In this document: positions 22,401-25,785 of the stretch, piece after piece
How the letters are laid out: the number at the start of each line of letters is the position of its first letter
Numbering within the stretch: position 1 is the first letter of the stretch
NCBI GenBank assembly: GCA_002269645.1
Contig: NIVC01005115.1
Coordinates: forward strand, 1 to 25,785
DNA length: 25,785 nt
Origin: Macrostomum lignano
Lineage: Eukaryota
Reading direction: 5' to 3'
Notes under the pieces: model-generated
Databases searched by the model: none
What the model was told of the DNA's origin: nothing
The model's input: only the letters and a program-made list of their open reading frames with translations
Made by a program: the position numbers and the translations under genes

Positions 22401-25400
22401 GCAGTCAAAACATTTACCACAGATTTCGAGTGTAGCGTCCTATATATATGTTACCTGAGTAGTCCTTGTGCATCCTTTACAAGCTACCCCTTTAGACACA
22501 CTGCATCTTCCTCAAGCTAACCTCAGACACACACAACATCCTCCACAAGCTACCCCCCCCCAGACACACACAGCATCCTTCACAAGATACCCCTTTGGAG
22601 ACACACCGCATCATCAAGAAAGCGCTACAAAACGGGCATTAACAAACCAATCCACCGCAACTTTTCGGCCCAGAAATCAACTGGCCGAGCCTGGCTAGCC
22701 AAGAATCTCGTCAGCCAGAGAGGCAGATCCGAGCGCCTAGAGGAGCAGAGCTTCTTCGCCGCTGTACAGGCAGTTGCTGTGGCTCTCTACGAATGCAACG
22801 AAGCGGATGACTGGCAGACTGCGTGCGCACTGATGACCGCCTGCTTCACCTACTATTATTCCGGTGAGTATTGAAGATGATAGACTGAAGATGCGTTTAA
22901 TGCTACCTAAATTAGTAGATAACTACAGTCCCTAAAAATTAATGTGGCAGCTAAAATTTCATTTTCTTCCCCGGAGCTTGCGGCCCCAGGACTCAGGAGC
23001 AAATGGGGATAAGAGAAGGAACAAGAAGAATCTAACTTAATGTACACAAGTGAACGCAAGACGGACGACACTCAGCGTAGGGGGCGGACCCAAGCTAACT
23101 CAGCCAATGAGAAAGCAGTAAGGAGAGAGGTTAAAGTCAGACGGACGAAACTCAGTCTAGGGGGGCAGGCCCAATCTAGCTCAGCCAATGAGAGAGCAGT
23201 AAGGAGAGAGGTTAAAGTCAGACACAATCGGATAGGGCAAGAGAACAGCCAAACTTGTTTATCGGCCTAGCTAGTAGAGCTTGGCACTACTCCTTTTCTC
23301 GGGGTCGCTTCACAAGCTCGAAATTTCGCAACCTCGAAAAGCACTTCCTTTCACAAACCCGAAACTTCATAAGCTCGAAATTTCATATCCTCGAAATTTT
23401 AGCAGCTGGCTTCATAAGTTCGAAATTTCACAACCTCGAAAACCATTTTAGCAGCCGACTTCACAAGCTCGAAATTTCACAACCTCGAAAATCAGCAAAT
23501 AAATTCTCAGTAGATAAGAAGCCCAAAAAACTTACAGCTAGTGTGAAAAATACAAATACAGTACATTTTCGAGCTTGTGAAATTTCGAGCTTATGAAGTT
23601 TCGGGTTGGTGAAAGTGGCTGCTAAAATGGTTTTCGAGGTTGTGAAATTTCGAGCTTATGAAATTTCGAGCTTATGAAAGTAACTGGTTTCGAGGTTGTG
23701 AAATTTCGAGCTTGTGAAAGCAACCCCTTTTCTCCCTTGCTGCAAAGCTACTTTAGTCTGCTAATTTAATTGTTCTGCTTTTAAAAGGCCTAAGTCGCTG
23801 GTTGCAGCTTAAAAAGTTAAAATGTTTTGCTTTTGTACTAATATAATACAGAAACGCTAGTTTTGCTACTGAAAAGATTAGATAAGCACATTTTCTGCGA
23901 GTCACGTATCCACCGGTAGTTATTCTAGCATATGTGAATAAATTACAATGCCGATTCTCGTATATCTACTGTTAGTAGCTAAATAAGCGAAAATGGCTAA
24001 TTGCAGCCACAACCGAGTCCGGCCAGGCGCACAAGCTCTACTTGCGCAGTTTCGTCAAGGACCAACCAATTTGGCAGTCGCTCAGATTTTGGAATGCCGC
24101 TTTTATTATCACAGTTCAGGGATCGACAAATACGGTAAGTTTGATTTTTTGTCAAATACGGTAAGTTTGATTTTTTGTCAATACAAATCTTAATTCCGCT
24201 TCTTATTTCAATTAACAGATTGGCCTAAAAATCAATTTTTATGTAAATTCCAGGGATGTACAGCGTCAAAATCAAAATAGTCACATTGCATTGGGGCACT
24301 TGAAGTAAGTAAACTTGCGGGATAAAGACGGTAGACAGTGAGAGCGGAGAGGGTGAGAGAGGGTGAGAGGAGGAAGTCCGCTGGGCAGCGCAAGTGCAGG
24401 GGCGGTGCCAGTGCCCACGATTATCACCTCCGTCTTGCGCGCGTTGACCACCAGCCCCACCCGGGCGCCCTCGGGAAAGAACGCGTTGGGCAGCAGCTGG
24501 GTCGCGACAGCTTCGCCATGGTGCACTCCAGTGCGATGCCACGTGGTTGTCCATCCTGGTACGTAGAGGCCCTCTTCTTTGGGATCTATAGGATCTTGGA
24601 GGTGCGTCATTGTGGTGGGCACATGCAGCCGCGTCGCCTCCAAGACTGCAGTGCCCTCCAAGGCAGGCTGGTTACCCGGCAGGGGCCGGTTAACTCGGGA
24701 AGCTTCAGGACCTTTCGAGGAGGAATCGTTTTGAAAGGGGAATCGAAAGGGAAATGTACCTCCGAGGCGGCATCAGCGCGCATATCTTTCTTTAAGGCCC
24801 GACCAACTTCCTGTGAAAAGATAGAGCCAGTGTTTGAAGGAGTCATGGTTGGCAGGGGTGGAATTGGGCATCGGTAACAGTGAAGCGGCTGGATCAGGGG
24901 CGTTGAGCACGTCGCTGTAGTGCGAGACCAGCTGGGCTTTGCGGTGCTGGATGGAGTCCGCGCCGAGAACTGCGCTGGGCCTGGCCTTCTGCCCGTCAGC
25001 TTGGTTGATGGCCTGCCAAGCAGCGGTGTGCACTGATCGGTTGTGCCAGTGTTAGCAGATAATACAGTTAAAATACGTTTTCAACACTACACAGGGCCAC
25101 ATTAATCGGATAAAAAGATCATGTTTATACTCACAAACTCCATTTTTCAGCACATTTATTGCAAACATGCGAGCATTCGAACTGCGCAAAGAGATGATCG
25201 CCGAGTTTATTAGGAAGCAGTCTGAGTACCTACGTCTGCCTGAAGGTGAGTCATTTGTGTTTTTAATTCTACATGGTTGCTAATGTACAAAAATAATGTA
25301 CAGAGTGATTTATTAAGCTTTGTCCGTAGTCACCTCTGCGGTCAAAATCGCAACTCCGTTTTGCAACTTGCAGACCAAACTCGGCAACTCATGCAGTCCA

Positions 25401-25417
25401 TTGATAAGCGACCTTGA
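16884..25417 (+). CDS. KIAA0513: KIAA0513-like protein (SBF1/SBF2-domain family); 8 coding exons, 2610 nt, about 869 aa; long low-complexity N-terminus
   Basis: Phase-compatible GT-AG exons assemble to ...CRDFMTRYVSMMFNQG|QSITPEDTEVFGDYCQ|KSTGRAWLAKNLVSQR...ALYECNEADDWQTACALMTACFTYY...KLYLRSFVKDQPIWQSLRFWNAAF...HIALGHLN|TFIANMRAFELRKEMIAEFIRKQ...|DQTRQLMQSIDKRP*. This matches recalled KIAA0513 motifs (FMRGYVEKIF, FGEYC, GREWFARYVSAQR, LFECHQMDDF, LMTMCFTYY, QPIWHTLRFWNAAF, FGQLGTFTHNMLAF) in the same order. Needs BLAST confirmation. Confidence 0.85.
18347..18828. repeat. 20-bp minisatellite in intron 1 (GGGCTGCCCTGTCTCTCAGT / ...TTGGT variants), about 24 copies
   Basis: Exact 20-nt periodicity. 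Explains the overlapping ORFs 18337-18901. Confidence 0.95.
18914..19510 (+). CDS. KIAA0513: KIAA0513-like exon 2: poly-Q region then start of the conserved domain (CRDFMTRYVSMMF)
   Basis: Within ORF 18894..19514. Acceptor CATGTAG| (phase 2), donor GG|GTGAGT. Confidence 0.82.
19569..19757. repeat. About 24-bp minisatellite in intron 2 (GATGGAAACAGCCAGGTGTCA plus a short variable linker), 7-8 copies
   Basis: Repeated core read directly from the sequence. Confidence 0.92.
19808..19856 (+). CDS. KIAA0513: KIAA0513-like exon 3 (QSITPEDTEVFGDYCQ)
   Basis: ATTTTAG| acceptor, CAG|GTAAGT donor, phases 2 to 0. Confidence 0.88.
20232..20609. repeat. 14-bp minisatellite in intron 3 (CAGGTCTCATATAT) with a 42-bp higher-order period, about 27 units
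   Basis: Units cycle CATATAT, CATATAT, CTTATGT. This produces the 14-aa repeat in ORF 20199..20618. Confidence 0.93.
21443..21698. repeat. 35-bp minisatellite in intron 3 with alternating A/B units (70-bp dimer), about 7 copies
   Basis: GATACCTCTTTGACACACTGCTGCATCCTTCACAA alternates with GCTACCTCCTTGACACACTGCTGCATCCTCCACAA. Confidence 0.93.
21791..22441. mobile_element. Foldback/MITE-like element (651 bp) with long nested inverted repeats
   Basis: Outer arms 21791-21957 and 22279-22441 (AGGACGC...GCGTCCT termini, highly similar). Inner arms 22115-22179 and 22212-22273. No clean TSD seen. Confidence 0.85.
22468..22618. repeat. Degenerate copies of the 35-bp minisatellite on the far side of the foldback element
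   Basis: GCATCCT(T/C)CACAAG(C/A)TACC...GACACAC motif repeated about 4 times. Confidence 0.75.
22674..22863 (+). CDS. KIAA0513: KIAA0513-like exon 4 (KSTGRAWLAK...CFTYYYS)
   Basis: CCCAG| acceptor, G|GTGAGT donor, phases 0 to 1; strongest family motifs. Confidence 0.9.
23059..23223 (+). repeat. 80/81-bp direct tandem duplication containing GC-box and CCAAT motifs
   Basis: AGACGGACG starts at 23059 and 23139. GGGGCGG near 23081; CAGCCAATGAG appears in both copies. Confidence 0.85.
23301..23727. mobile_element. MITE (427 bp) with GGGGT...ACCCC termini, 7-9 bp TSD and arrays of CTCGAAATTTCA subterminal repeats in inverted orientation
   Basis: TTTTCTC flanks both ends (23294-23300, 23728-23734; extendable to CCTTTTCTC). 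Left end GGGGTCGCTTCACAAGCTCGAAATTTC versus right-end reverse complement GGGGTTGCTTTCACAAGCTCGAAATTTC. Confidence 0.9.
24007..24134 (+). CDS. KIAA0513: KIAA0513-like exon 5 (LYLRSFVKDQPIWQSLRFWNAAF)
   Basis: GCTAATTGCAG| acceptor (phase 1), ACG|GTAAGT donor. Confidence 0.88.
24219..24304 (+). CDS. KIAA0513: KIAA0513-like exon 6 (...DVQRQNQNSHIALGHL); 5' boundary uncertain (24219 or 24254)
   Basis: Donor AA|GTAAGT (phase 2) joins the next exon as N-TF. The acceptor at 24218 keeps the frame; the one at 24253 needs a phase-2 donor. Confidence 0.7.
24335..25045 (-). mobile_element. Decayed non-LTR retrotransposon (LINE) ORF2 fragment in intron 6
   Basis: GC-rich block. Minus-strand peptides resemble the EN-RT linker (AWQAINQ..GQKARP..HYSDVLN), the RT N-terminus (SQEVGRALKK, IPPRKVLKLPEL) and post-YADD RT (GARVGLVVNARKTEVI). 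Several frameshifts. Confidence 0.75.
25151..25245 (+). CDS. KIAA0513: KIAA0513-like exon 7 (TFIANMRAFELRKEMIAEFIRKQSEYLRLPE)
   Basis: TTTTTCAG| acceptor, G|GTGAGT donor, phases 2 to 1. Confidence 0.88.
25374..25417 (+). CDS. KIAA0513: KIAA0513-like terminal exon 8 (DQTRQLMQSIDKRP*)
   Basis: TTGCAG| acceptor (phase 1), TGA at 25415-25417. Length fits the short recalled C-terminal tail. Confidence 0.72.
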
Positions 25418-25785
25418 TATGCTTTGTGCACAATAATAAGTTTGACTTCTGATAACTCATTTTTTTCATTTTCATTTAGCCTCTATACACTATAAACACT
25501 GTAAGGCTCGACAGCCCTAAAGGATGAGCATCGCAGGCCGTGCGAACGTTAACGCAAACGTGCATGAGCTCTTTCTCGTCAGTGTTTTGAGGTTTGTCAG
25601 CCATGGATGGTACGGCAATTTAGCCACAAAGTTTTTGCGCACGAGGCCTAAATTAACGAGAGGTTGTGCACAGAATTAAAGCTCTTTAGGGACTCAGACA
25701 GGAACTTTGGTGCGAGAGTCAGATGCATGACCACTGATCGAGTGTCTATTCCGATGGTGTAGTCGATCTTAAGACGCGGAAAATC

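Overview
Eukaryotic (animal, probably invertebrate) genomic DNA with spliceosomal introns and very high repeat content. There is no sign of prokaryotic operons, rRNA, tRNA or CRISPR. (1) 1-2.5 kb holds a CT microsatellite plus 39-bp and 12-bp minisatellites. (2) 3082-15206 looks like a DNA transposon with imperfect CAC...GTG terminal inverted repeats, inserted into a (TG)n tract. It carries a decayed three-exon spliced ORF whose last exon has been amplified into about 16 nearly identical 662-bp tandem copies (about 10.4 kb). (3) 16884-25417 (+) is a complete 8-exon KIAA0513-like (SBF1/SBF2-domain) gene of about 869 aa with a very long Q/P/G/Y-rich N-terminus. Its introns are filled with four different minisatellites, two foldback/MITE elements, a GC-box/CCAAT duplication and an internally deleted LINE fragment. 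All family assignments come from motifs read by eye and recalled from memory, not from database searches. The near-perfect array could be partly an assembly artefact.
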